Shown here piece by piece: positions 35,201-50,200 of a stretch of 64,000 nucleotides of DNA. This DNA comes from Candidatus Obscuribacteraceae bacterium. GTDB taxonomy: Bacteria; Cyanobacteriota; Vampirovibrionia; Obscuribacterales; Obscuribacteraceae. Position 1 is the stretch's first letter. Each line of letters begins with the position of its first letter. The stretch covers positions 160,001 through 224,000 of the forward strand of contig JBGAHS010000008.1 in assembly GCA_044226015.1 (NCBI GenBank), in the 5' to 3' direction. The notes below the pieces were generated by a model. The model had not been told where the DNA came from. It worked only from the letters and a program-made list of their open reading frames with translations, and did not search any database. The position numbers and the translations under genes are program-made.

Positions 35201-38200
35201 GTTCCGCTGCCAGTGCGAAGGATGTAAGCGTCCTTGCCAGCGGAGCCATCTCTGGTGGAAGCAACACAATCACATCTGTCGGCAACATCACACTGCGAGG
35301 CAATGGTGGAGTCAGCATCGGAGCTTTGAATAACTCCGGTGCATCCAGCGCTGCATCAGTGCTGGTCAACGATGGTACAGAAGCTGGAAGCGTCAGTGTC
35401 GGCAGCATTAGCAGCAAGGGCGATATCACTGTCGGTAATTCGACAGGAAGCACCGGAGTCACTCTTGGTGGTGACATCAATAACTCAAGCGCTTCGTCAC
35501 CACAAGCAGTCACTATCCTCTCATCCTCCGGCGGTATCAACGGTACTGGCAGAGCAATCGACTCGCTAGGTGCTATCACACTGCGTGCTGCCGGCGGTGT
35601 CACAATCGGCACTCTGACCAACAGCGGCACAGGAGCTGCTGGCGACGTGAGTGTGAACGACCAGACCCAATCGGGTGTGGTGAGCGTAGGTGCGATTAGC
35701 AGCAAGGGTGCAGTCAAACTGGGCAACACCAGCAGCACTTCTGTGACACTCGGTGGAAACATCGATAACAGCAGCGCTGCAGCAGCTAAAGACGTGACGA
35801 TTCTGGCAGCAGGAGCCTTGAACGGTTCAGTCAGAACAATCACATCTCTCGGTAACATCACATTGAGAGCAGACGGTGGAGTGACCATCGGCGACCTCGA
35901 TAACCACACAGGTTCTGGCTCTGTATCCGTCAACGACACAAACCAGAATGGAGCACTCGTAGTCGGAGCAGTAACTAGCACCGGCAACATCACGCTGGGC
36001 AACCTCACTAACACCTCTGGTGTTGCGCTGAACGGCGACCTCGACAACCATACAAATGCAAGCTCCGATATCCTCGTATACACTGCAACTGGCGACATTA
36101 GCAACACAGTGGTCCGCTCAATCAACGCTGGTCATGCATTCGATATCGAAGCAAGCAATGGCTCAATCGGTAATACAGCACCACTCGGCAACCTCACCGC
36201 AGGTGGTGCAGCCTCCAAGATCACCGCTAAGGGAGTTATCGGCGCCGGTGATGTGACCAACCACGGTGGCTCTATCAGCATAGTCAATTCAGACAACACT
36301 GCATCGGGCAGCACGACTGTAGGAACCGTTGACACATCAGGTGCAGCTGGCGGCACTATCTCCATCACTGGAGGCAACGACGTTTCAGCAGTAGCGCTAA
36401 ACAGCAGCGCAACTAGCACCACTGCTGGTTCGATTACTGTAGATGTATCGGCAAGCACCAACAGCAAAATCTCCGTACTCGGAGCCATCAATGCTAGCGG
36501 AGCAACTAACGGCAATTTCGTTCATTTGTATGCTGACAATGGAAGTTCAGTCTCTTCATCAATAAGAGTAAACAATGGCATCAACACCTCCGGAAGCGGC
36601 CTCGCAGGGGATGTTGAAGTCAAAGTTGGCAGCGTCGGAACTCTGATAGTCAACGCAGACAACGGAGCAACTGGAAACAACACTATAGGCTCTATCACCG
36701 CGACAGGGGCTTCCGGTGGTTCAGTTCTCCTCGAAAACAAGGCAGGTTCTGTCGCCTTCGGACGAACTGGCAATGCTGTTAACTCATTCGGCACCATTAC
36801 TGTTAACGCTGCCAACATAGTCGGCAGTGCAGTGGGCTCTGGTAAGTTGAACTCAACAACTGGAGTCAACCTCAATGTGTTCTCTGGCAGTGGCAACATT
36901 GGTGATGCTAGCACTCAAGTTCAGGTCAACGCACCATCAATCAAGATTGGTCAGACCGGTGATGTTTCTGGAGCAGTCAACCCAACAAAAATTGGCATCA
37001 ACAGCCTCTCATCTGGGGCACTGACAGTCAGCAACCTCACCAACGCTGGCACTGGTCTCACCGCAAGCGGTGACATCTATATTTCGAACAATGGTGGCTT
37101 CAACATCAATAAGGATATCAGCAGCAGCGGCTCTGGCACGATAACTCTCGCGGCGTTGAGCGCTGGTAACATTCTCAGCGTTGGTGGCGGAACCATCGTT
37201 TCAACAGCTGGCTCAGCAGTGCTCAGCACAGCTGATGGCAGCATCGGCTCTAACTCACCGGTGTACAACCCAGTACTGACCAACGTTGCGCAGTTGCAAG
37301 CTAATGCTACAAATGGCAGCGTGTACGTAAGCGATGCTGATGCTCTTACAATAAATGCCAGTTCCGGTGCGAGCTCGGGCGCCTTCGACGTTAGACTGTC
37401 AGGCTCGGGCGACCTCACGGTAGCAGCGCCAGTATCCGCACAATCGGTCAACCTGGCTAGCAACCAGGGCTCTGGTACAGCTGCAGGCAACATCGTCGTG
37501 AACAGTGGCGTCACGGCTACGAATGGTTCACTCACGCTCTCGGCTGGTGCTGGCGGCGGAGCAGGAGCTGTAGGTTCAATCAATCTCAACTCTGCACTCA
37601 GCGCGACAGGCGGCAACGTAAATGTCAGTTCGTCAGTAAACGGAGGCGACATCAACGTTGGAGCGCAGGTAAGCGCCACATCAGGTGACATCAACCTCGA
37701 CGCACAGGGCAGCGCTAGCAAGATTGCCATCACGGCATCAGGCTTGAACCCTGCCCTGAAGACCACAAGCAGCGGAAATGTCATCCTCAGCTCAGGAACC
37801 GGCGGTCTGACCAGCTCTGGCAACGCCATCATCATAAGCTCTGTTGGCGACATCGACGCTAGCGCACTGGGCGGTGACGTGAACAGCAGCGGCACCGGCA
37901 ATGGTGGCGCGGTGGACTTCAGCGCGAGCAATGGTTTCATCAACCTCGGCAGCAACAATATCGTCAGCTCAGGCACCACATCAGGCACTGGTGGCACCGT
38001 CACCTTGCACGCCAAAGATGCAGTGACAGCAGGCAACATCACAGCGAAGGGAGTGGGCACATCGCAAGCTGGCGGAGTAGTCGACATCACCTCAAGCAGT
38101 GTACTGGCGCCAATTGTGGTCGGCAATATCGACAACACTGGCACCGCAAACGGCAGCTCTGTCACCGTCAATGCAGCACAGAATATTGTGACCGTGGGCT

Positions 38201-41200
38201 CAGTTAAGAGCAATGGCGCAATCACCATCGGAAATTCAAGCGGAGCAACCGGAATAATATTGAACGGTGACATCAGCAACTCTGGTGGCACTGGCTCTGT
38301 CCAATTGCTCACAAACACCGGTGATATCTCTAACGCCACATCGAGAAATATCAGCGCTGCTGGTGCTCTCACCATCAATGCTGGTGGCAACATCGGTAAC
38401 ACCGTAGCGCTGGGAGCACTCAGCGCAGGCGGCGGCGCGAATGCCCTCACTGTCGATGGCAATGGCGTCATCGCAGTGGGTTCAGTGAGCAATAACGCTG
38501 GCGCTGTAAGCATCACGAACCACGCAGTCGCAGCTGGCACATTAAGCACCGGTGCCATCACAACTGACGCAATCGGCTCGGGCACGGGTGGCAAGGTCTC
38601 ACTCTCGGTTGTAGGTGACCTCACAGTCAACGGCAACCTCACGGCTAAGGGACTCGGCAGCTCTAACAGCGGCGGCGTCATCGAACTGACTGGCAGCAAT
38701 ATTCGCGTAGACGGCTCTGTCGACAACACAAGCACAGGCAGCGGTACAGCTGGCACCACGACTATCAACACAGCTGCTGCGCTCACAATTCATGGCAGCG
38801 CAGGAGCCAACACAATCAGCGGCACCATCGATTCTGATGGCAACGTAGTAGTTCTGGCTAACGGAGTGACCCTGGCAGGGGCAGGAGATGCAGTCAGCGC
38901 TCTCGGTATCGGCATCAATGCAGGCACCGGCGCCATCAGCGCAAGCCTGGCAGGCGGTGGTGGATTGAATGCTTCCACAATCGCCTTGAATGCAACAACC
39001 GGAATCGGCAGCATCACAGGCAACAAACCAATCATCCTCTCAGCCACTGGCACCGTCAACGTCGGCTCCAAAGCAACAGGAGCAGCAGCTGACACCTATC
39101 TGAGTATCACCAACGGTAGCTTGGTGATCGGCAATGAAACCGTTGCAACAGGCACGGCTTCAGTCAGCGCAAATGGAGTCAGTTCGGGTGGCAACACCAA
39201 GATCGACACCACATCAGGCGACCTACACATCAGTACAGCAATCAGCGGTACAAATGTCGACCTCAGCACAACGGGAGTGGGCAACCACATTATTATGGAT
39301 GTCGGCGCTGGTCAGATTCACGCGACCAACGGTGACGTCAAACTCACAACCAATGGCGGCGGCATCTCATCGCAAGGTGGCAGCCTCGACGTACTCGCAA
39401 CCGGTGGCAATGCAATCATAGCTCTCAGCCAGGGTGCAAATATCGGCACACTGGACCTCAGCGGCCAGAGCGGTGCGACAGTAACAATCAAGGGTCAAGC
39501 AGTTGACCTCAAGGGCGCTGGTAGCGCTAACGCCGACATCACCACGGCAAACGGAGCCGTGAGCCTGACCTCCGACAGCGGCTCTATCAGCAACGTAGGA
39601 AGCATCACTACAGGTGGTGCTAAGGTCGACCTCAAAGCAACTGGCGGCAACATCGCAGCGGGCGCTATCGACACAAGTGCTGCAGCTGGTGGCAAACTCA
39701 CTGCCTCGGCTACAGGTTCCATAACAATCGCTGGTTCAATCAAGACTGACGGAACAGCAGGCGCTGGCGGTGGAGTAGACCTCAGCAGCGGCACAAGCAC
39801 CACAGTCAGTGGTTCAATTTCTGCCAAAGGCAATGCCGCTTCCGGCGGCACTGTCAGTCTCTCCTCAGACGGACTACAAGTGGATGGCAGCATCAACAAT
39901 ACTGGAACTGGCACGGCTGGCATTTCGCTAACTAACGTCCAGTCAACTACATTTAATGGAATCGCTGGCATCAACGTCATTGCTGGAACCATCAACTCAT
40001 CCGGCAATGTCGAAATCCAGAGCGCAGGTGTTTTACTCGCGGGCGCAGGCAGCGCAATCAGCGCCAAGGGTATCGGCATCAACTCGAGCGCAGGAATCTC
40101 AGCGACTGCGGCTGGCAATGGCGGACTGGATGCTGCGACAGTGGCTCTGACAGCCGCTGCTGCCATCGGCTCTGCGGCAATTCCAATCAGCCTCAGCTCT
40201 ACCGGAACGACATTGTTCGGCAGCTCAACAAGCAGCGCTGCCACAAGCGTTCAAACCACAGCAGGCGACCTCACAGTTGGCAGCGCAACAGTCGGAGCAA
40301 TCTCTGCTAACGGCATCAGCGCCCCTGGCGATGTCACAATTAAGGTGGCTGCAACCAAGAATCTGTCAATTGCTACCGGCTCGCCAGTTACATCAAGTGG
40401 CGTAGGCAAGCAAATCAACATCAGTGCTGACTCATTAACAGGATGGGGAACGGGCGTTCTCGTTAACGCACAAGCAAGCGGCTCTGTCAGCTTCGTAACG
40501 ACATCCAACAGCGCAATGGAAGTTGCTGGTACTTACATATCGGCTACACAACTTGGTCAAATAAGAGCCAAGGATGTGCAGTTCGGCAACAACGGCAGCT
40601 ACACCGGTGACATCACACTGGGCGGCACGGTCAACAACGGCAACGCAGCTGCCGGCGATGCGGCAGGTGGCTCATACAACCTGTCCCTACTAACTGGTGG
40701 CAAGTTCGATGCCAGCGGCAACACGATCAATACAAAGGTCAACAATCTCAGCATTGATGCGGAAAGCAGCTCAGCAACGGCAGTTAAGACAGGAGCCATC
40801 GTGGCTACTGGTGGCAACGTTCAAATCACCGGCAACAATGGAGTGACTCTCGGCGGTGCAATTTCCAACTCAGGAACCGGTCTCATCGACATCGTTTCGA
40901 AGACTGGAACTCTTGACGGAGGCGACGCCACAATCAGCTCAACTGGAACTGGCACAATCAGTGTCAACAACATCGCTGGCAATATCAATAATCTCGGAGC
41001 AGTAAGTGGCTTCAATTCCATCACCATCGGCAACAGCTCTGGCGGCACAGGAATAGTAATGCACGGAAACATCAGCAATGCTGGTGGCACCGGTAACGTA
41101 CAAATTCTCAATGCAACGGGAATCATCAACGGCGGTTCATTCGATGTCAGCTCTGCTGGCGACTTGACCATCACCAACAGCGGTGCAGGTGCGATTAGCT

Positions 41201-44200
41201 TCACGGGTGGAACGCTGAAGTCCACAGGCGGAAATATCGCAGTAACTCAGACTGGCGCAGGCGCCTTGCAAGTAGCAGCCGTAGACAATACATCTAATGG
41301 CTCAATCACATTGAATGCAGTATTGGGCAGCACCACTGCAGGAACAGTCACAGCCGACGGTGGATTGGTGACGATCGGCAACGGAACAACCGGCACCGGT
41401 GTGGTACTGAATGGCGACATCGATAACACCAAGACTGGTGGCGGTGGCAGTGGCGTGAGTGTCCTCTCAGGACTCGGCGGTATATCAGGTGGCACACACA
41501 GCATAACATCTGATGGCATCGTGAACGTGACTGGCGCTGGGGCTGTTAGCATCGGAGCTATAGATAACACAACGGGTACGAGCACGGTCACTGTAGACTC
41601 CACCGGCAGCACGGTTGCTGTCGGAGCCGTCAGCAGCAAGAATTCGATCAGCATCGGCAGCTTCGGTTCTACTGGGGTTACACTCAGTGGGTTGATTGCA
41701 AACGATGGCACTGGAGCAAGCGGGTCAGTCACCATCCACACTCTGAGCGGCGGCATCAGCGGCACGCAAAATGTTCAATCTAAAGGTGCAATTGACATTG
41801 TTGCTATAAACGGTGATGTCTCGATGGGTTCGGTCAACAACGCGTCTGGAACTGGCGTCGTAAACGTTGAAGCGAGCAATGGGATAAGTAATGTTGGAGC
41901 AGTCACAAGCACATCCAAAATCACCATTGGCTCAGTAACAGGCGCCGGTGTGAACCTCAACGGTGCCGTCAGCAACAGCGGCGGAACTGGCGACGTGATC
42001 ATCGAAGCCAACAGCGGAGCCATCAATGGCGGTTCCAACAACGTAACTTCTGCCGGCGACCTCATTCTCAGCAATGGCTCAGCCGGAGGCATCAGCTTCA
42101 CGGGTGGCACGCTGAGCACCAGCGGTGGAATAGTCTCAGTCAAGACACACGGCACTGGCAACAGCAGCGTCAACGCCATCAGCTCTAACGGCGGCGCTAT
42201 CACGGTGGACGCGAATAACGGCGTCACAACAGTGGGATTGAGCGGTGGCGCAGTTAACTCCGGAGCAGGTGCTATCACTCTCGGCAACAGCACCAGCGGA
42301 ACTGGAGTGACACTGGGCGGTGATGTCAGCTCGACAGGCTCAGGCAACATCAGCCTACTGGCCAACAGCGGCAACATCAATGGTGGCTCGAACAATGTCA
42401 CCGCTGGTGGCAGCCTGACAGTCACCCTGGCTACAGGAGCTGGTAACATCAGCTTCACTGGAGGCACGCTCACCGCGAAGGGCGGTTCCCTCGATGTAGC
42501 TCAGAACGGCACAGGCAACGTCGTGCTCAACGACCTCAGCCAACAAGCTCTGGGTCAGAGCGTCAACGTCGACGCTACAGCAGGCACGATCAGCGTAGCC
42601 AACATCACAGCGGCAGGTGGCGTCGTCAACCTCGGCAACATACTCGGTAACACGGGCATCACACTCACAGGCAACATCGACAACACCGCTGGTGGTGCTG
42701 GTGCTGCTGTGAATGTTCAGGCTGGAAACGGAGCTATCTCAGCTTCAACCCGTACGATCACATCCGATGGACAAGTATTCCTCTACGCGAAGAATGCGAT
42801 CTCGGTCGGTGATATCAATAATTCGACAGGCTCTCAATCAGTAACGATCGACTCCACATCCGGAGCCATCAACACTGCAGCAGTCACAAGCAAGGGTCAG
42901 ATCAACATAGGTTCCAACACCTCTGCGTCGGTCACACTTGGCGGTAAGATCGACAACTCGACGAGCCTCGCTGGCATCAGCATCACCGCAAGCGGTGCTA
43001 TCATCGGCGGCTCAAACTCGGTAGCTGGCGGTCCCGGACCACTCGTTATCACAAGCAAGAACACTGGTGGAGTGAGCTTCAGCGGTGGTCAGATCAGCTC
43101 CAATAGCGGTGCAATCACAGTGCAGTCTCTCGGAACTGGCGACACGCAAGTTGCCGGAGTTAATTCGCAGGGCGGAACCGTTATCATCAATGCTGCTAAA
43201 GGAACGACTACAGTTGGATTCGGCAGCAACACAGTTAGCTCTGGAAGCGGCTCAATGACCATCGGCAACAACACCAGCGGTGGTGGCACTGGAGTAGTCG
43301 TAAACGGAGACCTTTCATCAACTGGAACCGGCAACATAGCAATTCTTGCTGACACAGGTTCTATTTCCGGTGCATCGCACAACGTGACAGCAGGCGGTGG
43401 ATTGACCGTCAACATCGCTAATGGTGCAGGAACCATCGACTTCACTAGCGGAATTCTCACGGCGAAGGGCGGATCGCTCATCGTCACGCAGCTAGGTACG
43501 GGCAACATCACGCTAAGCTCTCTCAGCCAACAATCGACTGGCGACATCGTCTTTGTTGATGCATCTGCTGGAACCGTCAGTGTGGGCAATGTGAACGCGT
43601 TCGGCGGTCAGGTTACACTCGGCAACAACGGCACTGGCGCTGGCGTCACACTCAACGGCAACATAGTGAACACCAAGGCAGGCGGTGGCGGCTCTAGCGT
43701 GACCATCTACGCAGGAGCAGGTTCTATCGCCGGAGCAGGCAAGACAATCACCTCAGACGGTCAGGTGCTTCTAGACTCTGCTACAGGCACAACAATTGGT
43801 GATATCAACAACACCACGGGAAGCAGCACTGTCGACCTGGACTCAAACGGCGCAATCAGCACCGGCTCGATTTCTAGCAATGGCGCTATAACAGTAGGAA
43901 GCAATAGCACAACATCCGTAACACTCGGTGGCGATATAAGCAACTTCGGTGGTACAGGCGATGTAAGCGTAACTGCTGTCGGGGCTATCAACGGCGGCGT
44001 CAACAATGTAACGGCAGCTGACAACCTGACAATTCACAGCATCACTAGTGGTGGCATCACATTCACAGCGGGCACTTTGAGCGCCAACAACGGGGCGGTC
44101 GATGTGGCATCACTGGGCGCTGGCAATACCAGTGTCAATGCAGTCTCCAACAATGGCGGCAGCATCACAGTGGACGCTTCTAACGGACTCACCACTGTAG

Positions 44201-47200
44201 GTACGGTATTCAACACAACTGGCAACATCTTCCTCGGCAACAGCACCGGCGGTACAGGTGTCACTCTCAACAGCTCGGTAAGCACTGGTGCAGCTGGAGT
44301 GGTTTCCATCCTTTCTAATGGTGGAAGCATCACCGGCAACAGCCACCCCATCATCTTGGGCTCAGGAACCTTCACTGTTGACCCGACTGGCGGTTCGGTC
44401 GTCGGATTGGGCGCCGTCACAAGCAGTGGAACCATCAATATCGGTTCTGCAACAACCGGCTCTATTAGCATCACCGGCAAGCTCGACAACTCAACTGGAG
44501 TGGGCAAGGACATTAACATCCAGAGCGGCAGTGGCGCCGGCGGTATCAGCACCGTCGCCCTATCGTCCTCCGGCAACATCAATGTCAGAACCATCAACAC
44601 CTCAACTGGTGATGTAACCGTAACAGGCAAGATCAACGCAGTAACAGGCTCAGGCGATGTGACTGTAGATGCGAAATCTGGTCAGGTATCCGTACTCGGT
44701 ATTGTCGCTAAAGGAAATATAGCTCTCGGCAATTCCAGCACCGGTAAGGGTGTCATCCTCAACGATGACATCGATAATCAGGAAACCGGTGCAACGGGCA
44801 CCCTGACGATAAGCGCTGCAAACGGTGGCATATCTGGAGTCCATGACCTGTTCTCAAACAGCACAATCTCAGTCAATGCAGTTGCAGGCGACGTGACCAT
44901 CGGCACAGCCGACAACAGCACAGGAAGCGCTTCAATTACAGTTGCTGCAGCTAACGGTATAACCACAATTTCCGGAGCATCCTCTGATGGTGGATTTGTC
45001 AGTATCGGCGACGGTGCGACTGGCACAGGTGTAGTTCTGAATGGCAACATCGCTAACACGAAGACTGGTGGTGGTGGCGCCGGCGTCCTCGTGCTATCTG
45101 GACTAGGCGGCATCAGCGCATCCGGCAGAAGCATTACATCAGACGGTCAGGTCGACGTGCTCGGCCAAAATGCTGTCAGCATCGGCAACATCGACAACAG
45201 CACCGGTAGCGGCACTGTCAATGTAAACTCCAACATCAACACTACATCAGTAGGAAGCGTCACTTCGCAAGGAGCTATCACACTCGGTAATTCCGTCGGT
45301 GGCACTGGCGTGGTAATGAACGGTGATGTCAAATCAATCACCACCGGTGGTGCAATCTCCATCAACAGCGCTAGCGGAACAATCAATGGCAACAGCTTCA
45401 ACACATTCACACAGAATGGAAGCATCACAATCAACCCTGGTACAGGCAACGTCACAGCTCTGGGCGACGTGCAGACCAAAGCTGGCGTCATTAACATCGG
45501 CACCAGCGATGGCATCAGCAGCACAGCAAGTGGTGTCAGCATCAACGGAACCGTAGACAACTCAACAAGCGTTGGTTCAGCCCTCAATATATTGAGCAAT
45601 ACCGGCGGAGTGAAGACTGGCAACGTTAGTGGTGGAGGAGCAGTTAACCTCAAATCACTCACAAGTGGAGATGTAGACCTCGGCTCTACAATCAGCGCTA
45701 ACGGAGTGCTCAGTATCTCAGCGGCAGGAACTGGCTCAATCAAGAGCGGCGCGGCAAGCGCTCTCTCTGGAATTGGCGTCAAGCTCACGGCTAACACCCT
45801 GGCTCTAGCAAATGGCAGCTCCATCAATGCTGGCGGCTCGACTGTCGTAATCGACCCGAACGCCAACCAGAGTATGGGTGTCAACGTGACAGGGGCAAGC
45901 ACTGAGACCTTCCTGGTTTCCAACGACTTGCTCTCTAATATCAGTAATACAAGCCTGGTCACATTGGGCAACAACAGTACAAGCGGTGGACTGAACTTCT
46001 ACAACAGCCTCACAACAGGCTACAACCTTGCGCTGCGCAATGCAGGCGGCATCACCATGAAGTCGGGCTCAACACTTGCAGTCGGAGCTAACGACCTGAC
46101 CATCGCCGCTGGTGGCGCTGTCAGCCTCGAAACAGTAACGGCAAGCACCGCGAAGATCGACGTTTCCGGAAGCTCAGTGACCTTCAACCAGGCATTCGGC
46201 GGCACAAGCGCTGATGTCAAACTGACCGCTAACAGCGGTTCGCTCAGCGGAGCCGGAACAGTTAGCGCATCCAAACTCGACATGAGCGCAAGCGATGGTT
46301 CTATCACTCTGTCAACAGCAGTTGCTGGCACGATGAAGGCTGTCACCAGCGGAACAAGCGCTGGCAACATCGCTCTGGTCAACACCGGCGCGCTTACTTC
46401 CTTCACAGCAAGCAGTGGCGGCGCAGCCTCAACCGTGTCGCTCACCAACACCGGTGATGTCATTCTTGGTGCCGCTGGGGTCAGTGGACCTGCTGGCGTC
46501 ACATTGAAACTCGGTGGCGCGGCAGGAGTCGCCCTCACCACAACAGGCAGTTCAATCAGCAGCAGCAACGGTGACGTTGCAATCACAACCGATGTTCTCA
46601 ACGGAAGCGGAAGCATCAGCAGCTCTGCAACCGGCAAAGTAAGCATCGAAACTTCAACAGCTGGCAGAGCCATCAATCTGGTTGCTGGCTCTGGCGGATT
46701 GCTTCTCAGCACAGCTCAGCTTGCAGCAATCAGCACGAAGACTTTGGTGGTCGGATCTGACACCGCAACAGGCAGCATCACCCTCGGTGGCGCTCTGGAT
46801 ATCACCGGCAAGTACGACCTCGAGCTGCGTCAAGCTGGAGCTGGCGGTTCAGTAACTACCACGGGTCAAACCCTGACACTTGGCACGCAGAACCTGACTG
46901 TGAATGCCGATACCGTTGACACGGGAGACGTGACTGGCACAGGAAGCAGCACAATCATCATTCTCAGCCTCACCGGGGTGAACGTCCACGGTGCGCTCGC
47001 TGCCGACAGAATCGGCATCAGAGCATTCAACGGCAGCATAGTCGGAGCCGGCGGCAGCTTGAGCGCAAATCAGATTGCGTTGCGCGCAACAGCCAATGTT
47101 GGTTCACCGCTACAAATCCTCGGCAATAGCACGTTAGGCGCTCAAGGTGGAACTGGAGTCAACCTCGTATCAACAGGCGACATGACGGTCGACGCCGTCA

Positions 47201-50200
47201 CGGTAGGACCAGTTTCAGCAAGCGGCATAGTCTCTGGCGGCAACGTTACTGTAGCTCTGGCTTCCAACAAGAACCTTCAATTGAACAGCGCCATCAGCGC
47301 ACCGGGTCAAACCATTCAATTGAATGCAGACAAGCTGAATGGCTGGGCAGCAACCCCGACCCTGATAGACGCAGGCACCAGCGGCGCTGTCGTCATCAGC
47401 ACCGCTAGCACAACCCAGAATATTCAAGTTGGTGGAACTTACATCAGCACGACACAGCTGGGTCAAATCAAAGCTCTAGATCTGCAAATCGGCGAAGTTG
47501 GTGTTTATAACGGCAATATCAGCCTCGGAGCTGACCTCACAACTGGTGCACAACCAGCTGGACAGGCAAGCGGCTCTTACAACTTCGCACTGGTCACTAA
47601 AGCTTCTATCGACACAAGTGGTCACTCCATCACTATAAATGGAAATGACCTCATCTTGAATGCCGACACTTCAGTAACCGCTGGCAAAGTAGTCGGTACT
47701 GGCGGAAACATCAGCATATTCGGCAAGAATGCTGGCATAACCCTCACCGACACTCTCACCACAGCTGGCGCTGGCGACATCAGCCTCAGCGCACAGGGTG
47801 GCACCATTGACGGTGGCATCAAGGCACTAGCGGCTGGCTCTGGAACCGTCTCCGTTGTCAATACAGCCGGCAACATTACGAACCTGGGCAGCATCAGCAG
47901 CGCAGGACTGGTAGGCGTTGATGGCTCGACAGGTGTAGCACTGGCAGGCACCATCGATAACACTGCCAGCACAAGCAACGATATTGTCAGCATCATCAGC
48001 GCAGGCGGAGCAATCAGCGGCGGACAGAACATCAATTCCAACGGCGCGATCAGCGTCACTACCCTAGCTGCTGGCGCTATCACTGTGGGTGCACTGGACA
48101 ACTCCACTGGCAACGGCTCGGTCACTGTCAACTCGGCTGCCGGAAGCATCTCAGTCGGACAGATTAAGAGCACCAATGCAATCACTTTAGGCAATCTAAC
48201 AGGAGCGCAAGGTGTAACTCTGAACGGCACCGTCAGCAACGCAGGCGGAACAGGCGACATCAATATTTCGACCAAGTCGGGCTCAATTGACGGCACATTC
48301 GATGTAAGCGCAGCAGGTTCTTTGTCAATCAGCAGTGCTGGAAATGTCGGTAAGAATGCCGCGCTGGGTAACCTCAGTGCTGGTGGCGGAAGCAACTTCT
48401 TGTCCATTAGCTCAGCCGGTGCAATTGCGGCAGGCAAGCTCACAAACGCTGGCGGATTCATTCAAGCGAACACAAGTAGCACCACTGAAGCTGTGACTTT
48501 GGGCGACATAAGCTCCAAGGCTTCGACCGGCGGCACAGTAATCATCTCCGGTGGCAGCAACATCAGCACTGGAGCGATCGACACCCAGGGTACGAGTGGC
48601 GACGGCGGCGACGTCAACGTCAACAACAGCACAGGACTGACCCTTGTAGGCGGTTCCATCACAGCAGATGGAGCAGCAAGCGGCGGCTCTGGTGGTGCAG
48701 TTGGGCTCTTTGGTAAGGGCGTCACCGTCAACGGTAGCATCAGCAGCAAGGGATTTGGCGGAGCCAATGTCGGCGGCTCAATCAGCATCGACGCACTCAC
48801 AGGCTCAACCCAAGTTGATGGAAGCATCAACAACAGCACCACGGGCACCGGCGGAGTGAATGGCACAATCGCTGTTGTCTCCAACCCCGGTCTGACAGTG
48901 AACGGTTCAACAGCCGGTGCAAACGTCATTAAGGGACAAGTCATCTCTAGCGGAAGCGTCACGCTGCAATCCATAAACGATGTGATACTGGCTGGCGCAG
49001 GTGACGCAGTCGTAGCAAGAGACATCGGCATCGAGAGCAGTGCTGGCGCAATCAAAGCTGCAGCAGCTGGCGAAGGTGGACTCAATGCTTCGACCATTGC
49101 ACTCACCAGCATCACTGGCATAGGCACAAGCACAGCAGCAATCAACATCACTGGTGCAGGACCGACATCAATCGGAAGCAGCACTGGTGCGGCTGACACC
49201 TTCATTGCATCGACCAATGCACTTACTGTAGACAACACGAATGTCCTCGGCATAAGTGCCAATGGCGTAAGCGGCAGCGGTGACGTGACGATCTCGGTAG
49301 GCTCTGGCAACCTGCACGTTAACGCGGGCTCGACCATCGCCTCTGGTACTAGCAACTCCATTACGTTGAATACCAACTCAATCAGCGTTGGAGCAGGTGC
49401 TTCGATTAATGCTGGCGTCCTCGGCACAGTCAACTTGAGACCAACGACCGCGAGCACAGCAATCAACCTGGGTTCCGGAGCTTCTGGACTGATAGTCACA
49501 CAGGGTGTCCTAAACGTCATCACGGCTAAGACACTGAATGTCGGCTCCAGCAGCAGCACGGGAGGCATCAACGCCAACTCTGCTGTCGACATTTCGGGAC
49601 TCTATGACCTCAACCTAACACAAGGTACTGGCGGTGCTATCGATACCAGTGGTGGCGCTATCACCATCGGCAGCCAGGCACTCACAGTTCTCACGCCAGC
49701 AGGCATCACCCTTGGTGCTGTCAGCGGCACAAGCGGCACAGTCGACCTCATCGGCAGCACCGTTGACTTCAAGGGCAATGTCAATCTAAATGCAGTTGGC
49801 AGCAAACTGACAGTTGGCAGTGGCGGTGACGTGACTCAGACAGTTGGAACAACGCTAACTGCCAGACGCATCGACATCAACGTCACCAGTGGCAACATTG
49901 GCGGCGCTGGAAGCATCGCAACTTCTACCGGTGTGCTCAACCTGCTCACCTCACTCTCCGGAAATGCGAAGGTGACAAACTCTGGCGCTGGCAGCGTTAC
50001 GCTCAACTCAAGCACATTCGGTAGCTTGACCTTCAGCAGCGACGACACAATTGATGTCGGCAGCTCTGGCGTCGCAGGTTCTGCGGTCTCTCTGAGCACC
50101 ACTGCAAACAACGGCAACATCAACGCCCTCAACGGCTCGATTTCGTCGAGTGCTGGCAATCTAGATTTGACAGCCAATGGCTCTGGCGCAGTCACTGTCG

